Shown here: positions 10,684 through 23,070 of the stretch, piece after piece
Layout of the letters: each line of letters begins with the position of its first letter
How positions within the stretch are numbered: the stretch's first letter is position 1
Assembly: GCF_000143415.4 (NCBI RefSeq)
Contig: NW_003314265.1
Coordinates: 3,530,443 to 3,594,442 of the forward strand
Length of the DNA stretch: 64,000 nt
Direction: 5' to 3'
Source: Selaginella moellendorffii
Taxonomy: Eukaryota; Plantae; Lycopodiophyta
Notes under the pieces: generated by a model
Told to the model about the DNA's origin: nothing
Databases searched by the model: none
What the model saw: the letters and a program-made list of their open reading frames with translations, nothing else
Position numbers and translations under genes: made by a program

Positions 10684-12795
10684 CTACTTGATTTTCTTCT
10701 GTGCCTCAAAGGACAGGCTTTCGATCCCTTTGAGGGTGGCCTCATAGCTCCGTATCGTGGATGAGTGGCGATTCGAGGATGGTCTCTTCATCTCCGAGGT
10801 CGTGGGAAGCTTGAGTTGTAGCTTGCTTGTTTGGAGTGGGTTTTGAACCCCTCCCGGCTTGTAAACTTGGGCCTTGCTAAATGGCGACGCCAAAAGCCTC
10901 TGCTTGGAAGATGTCGTGAGCGATTGCTTGGACAGCTCGCCGGTTGCATCAGCCTGGGAAACGATGTATTTAGAACAAAAATGACAATGACAATGGTAAT
11001 CACTTACGCTGTCTTTGGTGCACAAGTCGTGAATTCGCCTCTTTGGCGGCTCCGGAGAGGTTAAGTTCCGGGACTTTGCAGCGTCTTGTTGGCCGGCTCC
11101 GGCGGCTAGCTTTGTTAGTCAGCAAAATCCAGTTTTGTAGAAAAGGAAGATTTACCTGCTGGCTTCTCAGCTTTGTTCACCAAGGCAGTTGCCTGGAATG
11201 GAGGGATTTAAGTTTACGAAAAAAGGAGCAAGATGAAAGATCAACGCATGCTTACTGGTAAACTTACTGGAGATTGCTGCTGTGCAGTGGCGAGCTGCCT
11301 CTTCAAAATGGTCCAGTCGAACATACAATCGTATGGATATCCTAGTATCAAAGATTGCCTTGTAATCAGAATTCATGAGCACAGAGAGCTTAGATACCCT
11401 CTCGGATGAAGAGATCGTGAAAGAGGCGCTTCAGGTAATTGTAGTCTGGCTTTTCCTCGAAGCGAAGAGCCCGGCAATAGTGTAGAAACGTTATAAATTC
11501 CGTTGGACATGACTTGCACAAAACCTGCAAAACTATGGCTTTTTGTCATTCACGTGAACTCGTGCAGCAAATGACAAACCTCAATGGGAGTTGAAATCTT
11601 CTTTGAGCTGATCCTATCGTACTTCTGTTTCTTGTTTCCTGCTTTCAGGCCTTGCCAAGGAAGACTGTTATAGCACACAAATAAATGAATAAGCTCCAGA
11701 AACTGCGTAAGAGGCTATGATCACCTTCCCCTCAAGAAGTAGAGTAGAACGTAACCAAGAGACTCAAGGTCATCCCTCCGGCTTTGCTCTGAGGAGGAAC
11801 CCGAGTTACAAAGCTGTGCTGAGGAACTGAACGTACCAATGCCAATATGAGTGTTGATACTGGCATATCTTGCAGTCCCTGTCAAGCTTTTGTCCTCCCT
11901 ATATCGTCAGCACCATGTATCGATCAACAAACATCGAGCTAAATGAATGAAAACGGGAGAAAAACGTACTTGCTAACCTGTATGAGATGTGTTGGTGAGT
12001 GTTTGGATCCCGATACTTCTTGGCGAGCCCAAAATCGATGATGAAAACCTGCAAGCAGCGTGGGAAGTCACCAAAACTTGCTTAAAGCGAAGAACTCAAG
12101 GGCTCACCTGGTTTGCTCGCTTGCCTCGGCCCATTAAAAAGTTATCAGGCTTCACGTCACGGTGAAGAAAGCTTTTGGAATGGACGAACTCCAGCCTCGA
12201 GATCTACACAAAAGTAGAAAGCCTTAGCAAAGATGAAAACAAAAAAATGCGGCCTCGTTACCATTTGGTCCGCTAGCATTAGAACCGTCTTGAGCGAAAA
12301 CCTCCGGTTGCAGAAGTTGAAAAGATCTTCCAAGCTAGGGCCAAGAAAATCAAGGACCAGCACATTGTAGTCACCCTCAACCCCAAACCATCTCAAACTG
12401 GGAATGCCAGCTGACAGAAAAAAGATCCGACTCCTTTAAGGTGACTTTTAAAGAACGATGGCTTCTGATTATCACGTACTTCCTCCTTGGAGACTCTTGT
12501 AAATTTTGGATTCGTATTGAAGCTGTGGATTCCTTGTTTTTGCATTTTCCTGAAGAGCAAGAGAACTTACAATGAGCACTCCTCGCGGAGACCTTGAACA
12601 GCAAAAAGTTTACCAATTTGACACCCACTTCTTCATGAGTTTGTACATGCGTTCCTTGGAGAAGAAAAAAAAAAGAAAGAAAAAAGTTTCGAAGCTTCAT
12701 CCACGCAAGCTGAGCCACTTACCCAAATAAATCTCCCCAAACGAGCCACTGCCAAGCTTCCGACCAAGCTTGTACTTGTTTGCGACTAGTTCCAT
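10684..12795 (-). CDS. Casein kinase 1-like protein (multi-exon)
   Basis: [85 protein letters not shown], and the plant CKL C-terminus GIESLSFE. Confidence 0.93.
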
Positions 12796-13265
12796 TGCAA
12801 AAACAAGCTAAATCGCCGCCACAGCTTCTCCTCAAGCGCATCCATCGCCAGAGATGGCTCTCGTCCATCTTTTCTTGTAGCTCAGAGGAGGAACCGCCAT
12901 AACCATACCTCCTGGATCGATTCCCCTTGCTCCAAAACACCAGAAAATCTCTCCCGCCACCATCACATTCTGTGAAACCCTAGAAAATGGGCGAGTGCTG
13001 CCACAATGGAACCATGGTCATTCCTGGCTTGTGCCTCCCGAGAGGAGGACGACACCCCGCTGGCGGGAATGGGACCGTCGATATCCTGCATTGGGCGGCC
13101 ACGATGCGCCATGTTTGAAATCTTAGCAACTACCCGGGAAGCTCCCTAGGGCTTGCGTCATAGAAGGGTTTTTACAGCTCCAAGCATATTCCTTGAATTG
13201 CTGACACGTGTTTTCTTCGTTTTGCCGTACCCCCATTTTAGGGTTCCTGGGGCAAGGAGAGAGCG

Positions 13266-14150
13266 ATGGATTCGGCAGCAGTGCACAGGATTGCAGGGTT
13301 TCTGTCTCTCGGCCGCGGGAATGGGTCGCATCCAGCAGCAGTGGGGCGCCAATCGTCGCTAGGGCGCGGAAGATCGTGCCTCGCAGCTTGCCGCAACGCA
13401 CGGTTCGCGGATCAAAGCCATGTCGTGTTCTACGCGCGGCCAAGGAAGCAGCGGCGCTCGGCGACCTCCAGCCCGCGCGGCTTCGCCGGTAAGTTTGAGA
13501 TGGCAACAGTGGACGACGAGTCCGTCCAGGAGGTGATCCGGCAGCTCGAGGAGCTCCAGCTCAAGGCCAAGGCTAAGAAGAAAGAGCTCAAATGCAAGAA
13601 GGAAAAGGAGAAGAAGCAGTCAGCGATGGCGGCGGGGCCGGCGATGAAGAAGAGGAAGAAGGAATCGTCGTCTTCGAGCTCGGAGTCTTCGGATTCGTCA
13701 GGTGGCGAGTGCGGTAGCAGCCGATTTGACATGAGCTTGCTCCGGGAGGAGCTGCGAGCAGCAGCCTCTCCAAGATCCATAATCGATGCTGTGGCCAGCG
13801 AAGCCTCTCTGGAACAAGTGAATGGGGGGAAATGCGTTCTAGCGCCGCCGGTTTGTGCGAGAGTGGAGGTTTGCACGGGTGGGAAGTGTCGAAAGGCCGG
13901 CTCTCAGCAAGTTTTAGCCGCGTTCCAAGCAAAGATCTCTTCTTCTTCCTCGCCTTCACTGTCTTCGGCAACTTCGTGTAAGTGTATGGGGATGTGTGGA
14001 CAAGGTCCCAATGTCCGGATCCAAGGAGCTGGCGATGGAGCCCCTTTGGCTTTCAATCACGTCGGTGTGGAAGACGTCGATCCCTTGCTCCAGCAGGCTG
14101 GATTCCCAGCCGTGGTAGCAGTAACGAGGATGCAAAGCGCCCGCTACTAA
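13266..14150 (+). CDS. DGAT3: Soluble diacylglycerol acyltransferase 3-like protein ([2Fe-2S] thioredoxin-like domain)
   Basis: K-rich coiled segment, SSSSSESSDS tract and C-terminal VEVCTGGKCRKAGS...CKCMGMCGQGPNVRI, typical of plant DGAT3. Confidence 0.8.
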   Translation: MDSAAVHRIAGFLSLGRGNGSHPAAVGRQSSLGRGRSCLAACRNARFADQSHVVFYARPRKQRRSATSSPRGFAGKFEMATVDDESVQEVIRQLEELQLKAKAKKKELKCKKEKEKKQSAMAAGPAMKKRKKESSSSSSESSDSSGGECGSSRFDMSLLREELRAAASPRSIIDAVASEASLEQVNGGKCVLAPPVCARVEVCTGGKCRKAGSQQVLAAFQAKISSSSSPSLSSATSCKCMGMCGQGPNVRIQGAGDGAPLAFNHVGVEDVDPLLQQAGFPAVVAVTRMQSARY

Positions 14151-14285
14151 GGTATTTGTTACTATTAAAATTTGTCACAAACTTATCTGACAATATTTGT
14201 TTTCTACAAAGTGCTTATAATAACCAAAGTTTAGTAGTGACAATAACTTCAGTTTTAATCCAGTCAATTTAGTGTTAATATTTTG

Positions 14286-14446
14286 GAGAGGGCCGCGCGT
14301 ACGCGAGCCCTCAACTTCCACAAATTACGACGTCCACTCCTCCACTTTGGGAAGATGGTAGGCTGGCCAAGCCAAAGTGCAATGGGAAAGCCAAACCTAG
14401 GCCATTGGCCTTCATGATCACCAATAGACCCCGTCCAGGTAAGTAT
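14286..14446 (-). ncRNA. U1: U1 spliceosomal snRNA (canonical copy)
   Basis: Starts ATACTTACCTGG. Contains loop I GATCATGAAG (U1-70K site), loop II ATTGCAC (U1A site), Sm site AATTTGTG and a terminal GC hairpin. About 161 nt. Confidence 0.95.
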
Positions 14447-14469
14447 GGATCCTTTCCCCAGGCCCTAGC

Positions 14470-14516
14470 TTATATACTGTTTTAGTGGCCTCAATCTACG
14501 CCCCGGCATGTGGGAT
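14470..14516 (-). promoter_or_regulatory. Plant snRNA promoter (USE + TATA) of U1 copy 1
   Basis: ATCCCACATGC (consensus RTCCCACATCG) at -70 and TATATAA at -30. Confidence 0.88.
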
Positions 14517-14616
14517 AGGTTTAATTCCACGTGGCAGCCCAATCCAGAGCCCTAACTTGACAGTTGTGACCGTTTAGGGCTTGTTTTGACTTGGAATTTC
14601 ATGAGATCTTTCTCGC

Positions 14617-15520
14617 TCAGTCCATTGTTGTTTGCATTGTTCCCTCGTCGTTCTCTTGTTGCGCGACCGACGCGTTCGTCCTTGCTTGCGTTGTTCCTTC
14701 TTGGTTTTCTTGAGCGAGAGGAGTGCCTGCTGTTGGTTGCGTTGATTCCTCCTCTTTGTTTTCTTGCGCCACCGCGTCGCCCAGTTTCTCGGTCTCGGCC
14801 CGCCTCTTCTTCATGAGCTCCAGGAACTTTTCCTTCTCCTCTGGAGTGGAATACTCGAGCGAGCAGTCGCCCACTCCCCACTCGGCTTGGCGCTCGCAGT
14901 ACTTGTCTTCAATCTCTTGCTTGCGCCTGGAAAGGTTTTCCGAAGTTCGCAAAGACGTACGAACCAAGAAGAGGACTTACTTGGCAGCGTTGTCCTTCGA
15001 TCGCTTGAGCAGCTCCTTGATCAGCGGGGAATTCTTCATGTTTGAGTCGAATTCTTCATACTTCTTTCTCTGTTTCTCTGGCGATGGAAGGGAGAAAACA
15101 AGAGAAAGAGAAACAAGAATCAAGGGGGAGATAAGAGCAAAATGTAAGACCTGAATTCTCTTTGAGCGAATCTGGGACCGAAATTTGGGGGAGCTGGAAG
15201 TCCCAGCCGCGATATCCAGAGAGAATTCCAGCTTGTGCTGCAATTATTTCGCGATAAGCAAGCAAGATCCTAAGAGAATGCGAAGAATTGTAAGCAAACG
15301 CACCTAAATCCGGGCAAGAAGCGCTCACTGAGAGCACCGAGAGAGGAACCATGGCGAGCTTCGCCATCGCCATCGGCAAACCGGAGCGCCTTGCGGAGGC
15401 GGATTCAGCACTGCAGATCGTTGCCGCAGCGGCATTTCTCCTGGCGCTACCGGAAACCTGGATGGAGGGCCTGGAGAAATCGATTGTGACGAGCTTGGCG
15501 CCTCCAAGCAGGAGCGACAT
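14617..15520 (-). CDS. PsaN-domain-like chloroplast protein (At1g49975-like), 3 exons
   Basis: Transit-like N-terminus, then spliced KYEEFDSNMKNSPLIKELLKRSK...EIEDKYCERQAEWGVGDCS...EEKEKF. Confidence 0.75.
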
Positions 15521-15621
15521 GGCCGCTCGAGGAATGAAATAATATTCCTGGGGACATTAGGGTTTATAGGGTTTTAGGGTATTTGGTTCCTCTCCTTCGT
15601 CGATTCGCCTTGCGCCTAGCG

Positions 15622-16053
15622 ATGGAGGAGCACTCGATGTCTCCCGAGCTCCAAAACTTCCTCGAGGTGCGTATCGCGCAGCGCATTGCATTTTTTCGTG
15701 GCATCGATTGATAGGGTTTTGATAGTTTTTCATTTGGTCGAGAGCCTTGCTTTGCTGCGACTCAAAAGATTTCTTTTCTCTTAATCTTTTCTGCCTGTTC
15801 CATTGCTTGGCACACTGGTTTCTTTAGTCCTTGAGTTTTGATTCTATAAATTTTTTTTCTTCTTTCCCAGCAAGAGAAGCAGAAGGCGATGGTGAACGAG
15901 CTCGTCGGGAAGCTCACCGATGTGTGCTGGGAGAAATGCATCACTGGAACTCCATCCGGGAAGTTCAGTTCCAGCGAAACCAATTGTCTCACCAATTGCG
16001 CCCAGAGGTTCATGGAGGCAAGCGTTCTCATACTGCGCAAGATGCAGCGTTGA
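15622..16053 (+). CDS. TIM8: Mitochondrial small Tim chaperone TIM8 (2 exons: 15622-15666, 15871-16053)
   Basis: SPELQNFLE|QEKQKAMVNELVGKLTDVCWEKC...SSSETNCLTNCAQRF, with the twin CX3C motif. Confidence 0.92.
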
Positions 16054-16103
16054 TTCATCCATCATCCCATTCGTCCCGATCGATCATCTTCAAGAAGAAT
16101 GAA

Positions 16104-16128
16104 AGAGAGAGAGAGAGAGAGAGAGAGA
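16104..16128. repeat. (AG)n microsatellite
   Basis: About 12 AG units downstream of TIM8. Confidence 0.9.
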
Positions 16129-16786
16129 AAAAAAACACAAAAAATGAGAGGGGAAGCACCAAATCACGGGGAGAATTTTGTATCATTCTCTTCATCCGAG
16201 TCTTTGACATTTTGAGTTTGAAAGTTTGAGCTCCTTTGCTTGCGTTGGAGTTAACTGAGATCCATGGCTTGGTGTGCAAATCAAAGCAGTGGTCGCGGGT
16301 TCGACTCCTGGGTGACTCGTGTTATTGCCAAGATAGACATCCACGAGAGCGAGAGAGCTCATTACCTAGGTCTCACGGGACTATTGTTTTGCGTCCCATG
16401 GCAGGAGCATTGAGGAGGAGGAGGAAGGCGAGGAGGTGGCGCCCAGCATTCTAGGCGTCGATCTCAGATCTGCTGGATCCTCGTGTAAGTTCTCTCATTC
16501 GATCGATCGTCCAAATGCTGTGTCGTGACTAATTTCGAGCGAATCTCAAGATATTTCGATGACCAAAATCTCTTCCTGCTTTGCATTTTCTCTCTACCTT
16601 CCCCGAGTTAGATTCAGCGCTAGAGAATGCTTCACAAGTAACGAATCCATCTGGTTTTTGTTTCTAAATCCATGTATCTGTGTTGATCATCTTAAATTTT
16701 TTCCAGTAACGAATCTATCTCGCTTTTGTCAGGTAAATTAATCTTTGATGGATACAAAGTTCCAAGCCAAAGGCTGATACATAGCA

Positions 16787-18500
16787 ATGAGAGCACTGAC
16801 GAGCAGTGCCTTCTGCAACGTTCGCTCCGCCATTGTGATTGCGCTGCTCCTCGTCTCCGTCTTCGTCGTCCTCGATTCGTACACATGGAGACTTTTATCA
16901 GTTCCCTGGGCTTACTCTAAGTTCACTAGCTCGCTCACGGGCGTCAATGATACCAGGCACCACGCGAGGATTGTAAGCCCCGAGGAGGCAGAGGCGGCCA
17001 TTGCCGAGGCGACCAAGGAATGGCAGAGAACTTTAGCGAAAGAGCCATCACCACCTGACGTTGAAGCAGAGAACAAAGTTCTTCCCGAGACTAAAAACTC
17101 TCGACCAGCACCGGCTAGCTATTCTCCGGTTCGACGAGAAGCTCCAAAGGTATGCTTTTGCTTTTCGTTTTGAAGTTGAATTGTTAAGTGCTGTATTGTG
17201 ATTTGTAGAAACCAGATGCGGAGCTTACTAGTTTGCAAAAGCTTGAAGCCGGCATGAGCCATGCTCGAGCCGCAATAAGAAGCGCAGTGATCCACGGACT
17301 TCAAGAAAAGGACGATCTTTCGCCTGATGTATACCTCAACGCTACGATTTTCCAACAGTGAGAACAAAACAGAAAAAATGCAATTTTGTGCTCGGTTTCA
17401 AACTCTCGATTTTGCAGAAGCTATAGAGAAATGGAGAAACGTCTGAAGGTGTTTGCGTACCCGGAAGGAGAAGAACCCCTGGTGCACAACGGGCCGTGTA
17501 AGGAGATCTATGCAATCGAAGGGCGATTCATTCAAGAGCTTCAAGGGAAGAACAGCTACCTGACCTCCGATCCTGAGAAGGCGCACTTGTTTTTTCTCCC
17601 CTTCAGCGTGGCCATGATGGTGACTTATCTTTACACGCCCGGATCGCACGACATGGGACCACTGGGGCGTTTTACAAGGGACTACATCGACGTGATAAGC
17701 CACAGATACTCTGCCTGGAATCGAAGCAGGGGTGCCGATCATTTCATGGTTTCCTGCCACGACTGGGTAAGCTTTCATCGTCCAAAGATACGTGTTTCTT
17801 GTTCTTCTCACGGTCTCTTTCTCTTATCTTCTTTCAGGGACCTCATATCTCCAGAGCACATCCGGACTTGATGGCAAACTCGATCCGTGTGCTCTGCAAC
17901 GCAAACACGTCCGAAGGCTACGTGCCGAGCAAGGACGCAAGCCTTCCGGAAATCCACCTCGTCGGCGGCCAAGTTCCAAGCGTTCTTGGGGGGCCACCGC
18001 CGGAGGAGCGCAGGTACTTGGCATTTTTCGCTGGTGGCGACCACGGCCCCGTCAGGCCAGTTCTCTTCAAGTACTGGAAGGAGAAGGACGAGGACGTCCG
18101 GGTTTTTGAGAAGCTGCCATCTCGAGACGCATACCTCGACTACATGAGCCACAGCAAGTACTGCCTGTGTCCGGGGGGCTACGAGGTGAACAGCCCTCGC
18201 ATTGTCGAGGCCATTTACAACGACTGTGTTCCGGTGGTGATAGCGGACGACTTCGTTCTTCCGTTCAGCGATGTCTTGGACTGGGACGCCTTCTCCGTCA
18301 AGGTGCTGGAGAGGGACATACCGCGGCTCAAGACGATCCTCCAGGCGATTCCCACGGCCAGGTATCTTGAAATGCAGGCGAGAGTTTCCAAAGTCAGGAG
18401 GCATTTTCGCTTCAACCAGCCTCCTGAGAGGTACGATGTTTTCAACATGATACTTCATTCGGTGTGGCTGCGCAGGCTAAACATGATAATTCACGAGTGA
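16787..18500 (+). CDS. Exostosin-family GT47 glycosyltransferase (type II membrane protein), about 4 exons
   Basis: N-terminal TM, then SYREMEKRLKVFAY, IYAIEGRF, WNRSRGADHFMVSCHDWGP, LCNANTSEG, KYCLCPGGYEVNSPRIVEA, HSVWLRRLN. Confidence 0.93.
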
Positions 18501-20010
18501 AGGGTGTGAACAAAATTGTTTAGGGAGGGAGGTATGTGTGATGGGATTCTTTGTAGTCGTCTTGCTCTGTTTTTTGTTCTTGGTTTTGGGCTGTTTGTAC
18601 ACTAAAGGGTGTTTATAAGTTTAATCAGATGAGTTTACGCAAGGATGGTTGGTTCTCTCCGACACAGAAAATCTGAAAATCTGGTGGTCGTTCAATCGCT
18701 TTCATGGTCTCGCTTTTTACCGGCAAGGCTTGCGTAGATCTGTGTGAGCTTTTACTGTTGGATTTGGATATTTGGATTGCTGCTACAGACCTCCTCGAGC
18801 TAAGCCTTCGATAAGAAAATTCTGGAATCCAAGGCTCAAAGAACTTTGACAAGTTTTTAAGTGCTTCAAGGAATCCTTCATGATTGAAAACAAACACACC
18901 CCACGGAGCTAGAAAAGAATTTCTATCTTTCCAACGGACGAAAAAATCAAACCATGGTCCCGAAAGCTGTGATGCGTGATCTAACAAACAAAGCAAAGTA
19001 CTGGAATCTGGAAATGGGATATTCACCCATTCGAATCCAGTTGTACTTCACTAGTGCCAGCCAGAAGCTTGCACTTTACACACAAGCTTAAAACACTCTG
19101 TTACGCGGTGTGAGCTTCCCAGGAATCGAACCGCCGATCACTGGAATCCAAGAAAGTCCAAGGCGTATGACCCGGTATATTCAACCATTCAACCATTCAC
19201 GCGAGCATACACGCTGCTGCGCCGTCGTATGTGACCAACGAGAGAGATAGCGGTCCGCTACATTTAGCGCAACAGGACTAGAATTCTCGAGACTTTACCA
19301 AAGGAACTTTGGCAAGTATAGAGCTGTGGCATTTGTCCGAGGTCTCGCCAGAGGTAGCTACGCTAAGTTTGTCCAGGGCTTTTGAGCTCCCAGGCTAAAG
19401 CTTTCCACTCCCGGCACTGTCCCATGCGCTGGGGAATGGGAAGCTATAGCCATGGGCTTGCATGGCGAGGGGACTGGTTTGAAAGGGGTGGCTCATTCAT
19501 TCTGGGGCTCCACTTATAAGAGGAGAGATTCATTTGTAGCGTATTTGCTCGTTTTGGTTTCGCTCGTTTCGTCGTGGAGAGGAAAGGAATTCAATGCGCG
19601 CAACGATGCGGGAGGAGGACCGGGGCGGATAAACGATCTCTTCACTCGCTCTTCATTGATGGTTTGATCTTCCATCGCCGGCATCGCCATCGGCAGCAAT
19701 CGCGCGAGAGGGAAATCCCCCAAATATTTTGGAGCTGGTTTGTTCCCTCTTCCAATCTTTCTCGCCTCTGGCCGCTGGATTTCGCGGATTCGAGGAGTTA
19801 CTCCGTCTTGGATCGCTGCTAGGGCCGGGTTTTTCTTGATCTTGGGACAAAACAGCCCGCAATGCTTCGGCCGCTCCGCGCAGCTGGGGAAATCCGCCCC
19901 AAATCCGAGCAGCGATCGATCAATGCATGCGCGCGGTAGGGTCCGGGGCCGAATTTCACAGCAGCGGGGTCGATCCTAGACAGGAAATCACAGCTTCGCA
20001 GTGATCGGCC

Positions 20011-20961
20011 ATGGGCTGCTCGTCGTCCAAGAGCTTGGAAATGCAGGCGCGGAGGGATGGATGGAATCCACCGATTTCCCGGAGCTTTGTGCGCAGCCTG
20101 TCGATGCCCCTTCGTCAGCAGCAAAAGTCTCTTCCCCAGCCCCTCCGGTTCCACTCGGTCGCGCTCACGTCGAGCACATATGGCGCTCTCAAGATCCCCG
20201 ATGTTGACGAGGATGGAATTGGATACGCCAGCATCGAGAATGGGGAGAAGGAAGAAGAAGCAGCCATGGCAGCTCCCTTGGCAGCGGGCGCCAAGGATTT
20301 AGAGGGGAGGATCGAGGCTTCTCCGCCGGCTCCACTCCACCTCTCTAAACCGGCGGCGCTGCCCAGCGTCCCTGAGGCCGAGGTGATCGATCTCTGGGAG
20401 TTGATGAAGGACCTCACGGACGAGACCGAGAATGTCGAGGAGGACAGCTCCGCTGGCTCCCGGCACAAGAGCATGGTAAGCAAGCGCAGGGCGATGAGGA
20501 GCAGGGCGCTCAGCCGGTCAATCTCTTCGGTGGACTCGATGCGCGAGCTGGACGTGAAGATCAGGAGCGTGGCACTGGCGCTGCCGAATTTCGAGAAGAA
20601 GCTGCGGGCTTTGGACGCGCTCAACTCGATCAGCCGCGGGGTGGCCGACGAGGAGGAACAGGTCTTTTTCCGCTACAGGAAGAGCCGCGAGGATTTCCAG
20701 AGCAATTCGGTCAAGTCGAGCCCGGCCAGGGGGATCATCCACAGCCCGAAATCTATGAAGGGCTTGTTCTACGGGGCTACATTGGAGGAGCTGAGAGCAC
20801 AGAGCACTTCAATCGCCACAGTGGCATCAACCAGTTCGTCTTCCTCGTCTTCTTCGAGCTCATACGACGCCTCGTCCTCGTGTGGCGACTGGGAGGAATC
20901 GTCGTCCCTGTTCGACCCGGAGGTGCTCAAGACGTTCCAGCAGCCGGAGGAGGGGCAAGGC

Positions 20962-20993
<32 letters not shown>

Positions 20994-21633
20994 CTCGATC
21001 CAAAAGGTGGCGCCGCCGGTGGTCTCAAAGAAGATGATGTCGAGCAAAGTCTTGGCGATCGACCAGGTGGAGGAGAAGACGCTGCTCGACGGCCTGGCTG
21101 CCGTGTGCCCGCCTCGCGGGGAGAGGAGAGCCGTGTTGTACGTGACGAGCCTGCGGGGCATCAGGAAAACGTTCGAGGACTGCGGCAAGGTGCGCATGAT
21201 CCTCCAGGGGTTCGGGGTGGCCATCGACGAGCGGGACGTGTCCATGCACGCGGAGTTTCGGCAGGAGCTCAAGGAGCTGCTCGTGGAGGTGGCGGAGCGC
21301 AAGAACGCCGCCGCCAAGGGCTCCCCGGCGCCGCCAATGCCGGTTCCCAGGCTGTTTATCGGGGGCCGATACGTTGGAGGCGTGGAGGAGGTGAGCCAGA
21401 TGAACGAGGACGGGCTGATTGGGCGGCTGGTGGAGGGGCTCCCGCGGCAGAGCTCGGTGGCGACGTGCGAGGGGTGCGGCGGCGTGAGGTTCGTGCCGTG
21501 CCTCGAGTGTAGCGGCAGCTGCAAGGTGGTGGTGTTTGGCGGCGGCGTCGGCGACTTCTCGGGCTCGGGCGTGGTGGTCCGCTGCTCGTACTGCAACGAG
21601 AACGGGCTCATCCGCTGCCCGGTGTGCTTGTAG
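20011..21633 (+). CDS. Glutaredoxin-domain protein with C-terminal Zn-finger-like CxxC motifs (At5g39865-type)
   Basis: MGCSSSK acylation signal, VLYVTSLRGIRKTFEDC, ERDVSMH, PRLFIGGRYVGG, CxxCGGVRFVPCxxCSGS...CxxCNENGLIRC. Contains poly-Q and poly-S tracts. Confidence 0.92.
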
Positions 21634-22715
21634 TAAGCCCCCGGAGAGCGAGTGACGCGGTCACTTACGCGCTACACCACCACGCGGACAACGCACGACC
21701 GCTTCCAGGGTGATATAATATGGATCCAGGAAGAGATACACAGCTTGGTTGATCATCGGCGATCACGCTAAAACTCTCCTGGAGTCCACGAGAGGCTGGA
21801 TGGATGATCTTGAGCTTGGGGGGCGACGCGCATTTACTCGGTCGTTGGAGAAGGCCAGAGGAAAAGCTTGTGATGTTCGCGAGGCTTCACCAACTTGGAT
21901 TTGGAGGCCGCCAGCCAACAAGTCACAGGGGTTCTTACACGGAAGTTTGGTTTGGATGGGTCAGAGAAGAACAGAAGAAAGAGAAGCTGGAGAGAAGTCA
22001 ATGGGCTCTTTGGACGCACACACGGAGAAAAGCTTGCAAGGGGAGAAATCGGCAAAAAACCAAGTCCATCCAGTTGGTGTGTGGGAGAGAGATATTGGAG
22101 GACTTCTAGGGTGTGGAGAGAATGGAAGATTTGGAAGCGTCAATGGGGACCCCTGTTTGGACACTGATCAAAGAATGCAAGGTTTCAAATAATTGTTGAT
22201 TTTAACCTGTGACTTTGCAAGTGGGCCCTTTTTTTTTTGTCATGTTGGTCTTTGGAGCTAGGCTTTTGGTTGGTTTTGGCTTGTAGTCTGATCCATGCAG
22301 TGTGATGTAAGCCTTGGAATCATCCGAAAGTGTGTGCTTCCACTCGTCACGGGTTATTCCTGGCGGTACTGTTAGTTTCTTTTTTCTCTGTTTTTTTTTT
22401 TTTTTTTGGTCCTCTTTTTTTCTCTTTCAGCCGAGTTCATGCTTTGGTCATTGGGACTGTTGGAGCGAATTGTTGCCGACTCACACACACGTGAAATAGT
22501 TCCAGATCCTCCTTATTCTAGAAGAGGCGATCTATGAAAATACATGAACAAAAGCATGCAGTAGATAGATCAAACCTTTCTCTCTTTTCGATTTGCTTTA
22601 GTCCTTTTTCCCGCTTCTTCGTCTTCAGACTCATCTTCATCTTCAGACTCAGATTCATCCACAGGCTCGGGATTTAAATCGATTGGGTCTTCCTCTTTGT
22701 CCTCTACTCCATTGG

Positions 22716-23070
22716 CCACTTTCTGTCACAGCAGCTCTCCAACAGGAACTAGTGCGAATGTCCTGCATTCATCGGTCCCTACGGCAACCTGGCGGCAAGC
22801 TTCCTCCTGTACTAGTTCGCACATTACAAGCTCGTTTGCAGATCAAGAGTATACAGTGGTGAGAACGCTATTATAATCGCCATCCATGTGACAATTTAGG
22901 TGCGCTGATGCAACGAGAAGATAGGAGTCTGCTGTAGTCAGCCACTCCTGCGTCCACAAGCTTCAGAATAACAAATTTCAAAAAGAGGCCCTTGTGGTAA
23001 TAAAAAGGTTCACTGCTACTTTGCGGGGGACTAGCATTTTTGAGACGGTAGAGAGAACTTGGACGGGTCA
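22716..23070 (-). mobile_element. Highly degenerate Ty3/Gypsy reverse-transcriptase relic
   Basis: Minus frames read ...EPFYY...ILKLVDAGVADYS...SAPKLSHGWRL*, then YTLDLQTSL* and EEACRQVAVGT...FALVPVG. These are colinear with the RT motifs LLxxGxIxxS..KxxGxWR, xLDLxSGY and EDxxKTAF..MPFG. Confidence 0.45.

Noticed and set aside
18600-19990. Short ORFs between the GT47 and glutaredoxin genes
   Set aside because: No recognisable motifs. Consistent with promoter and 5' UTR sequence.
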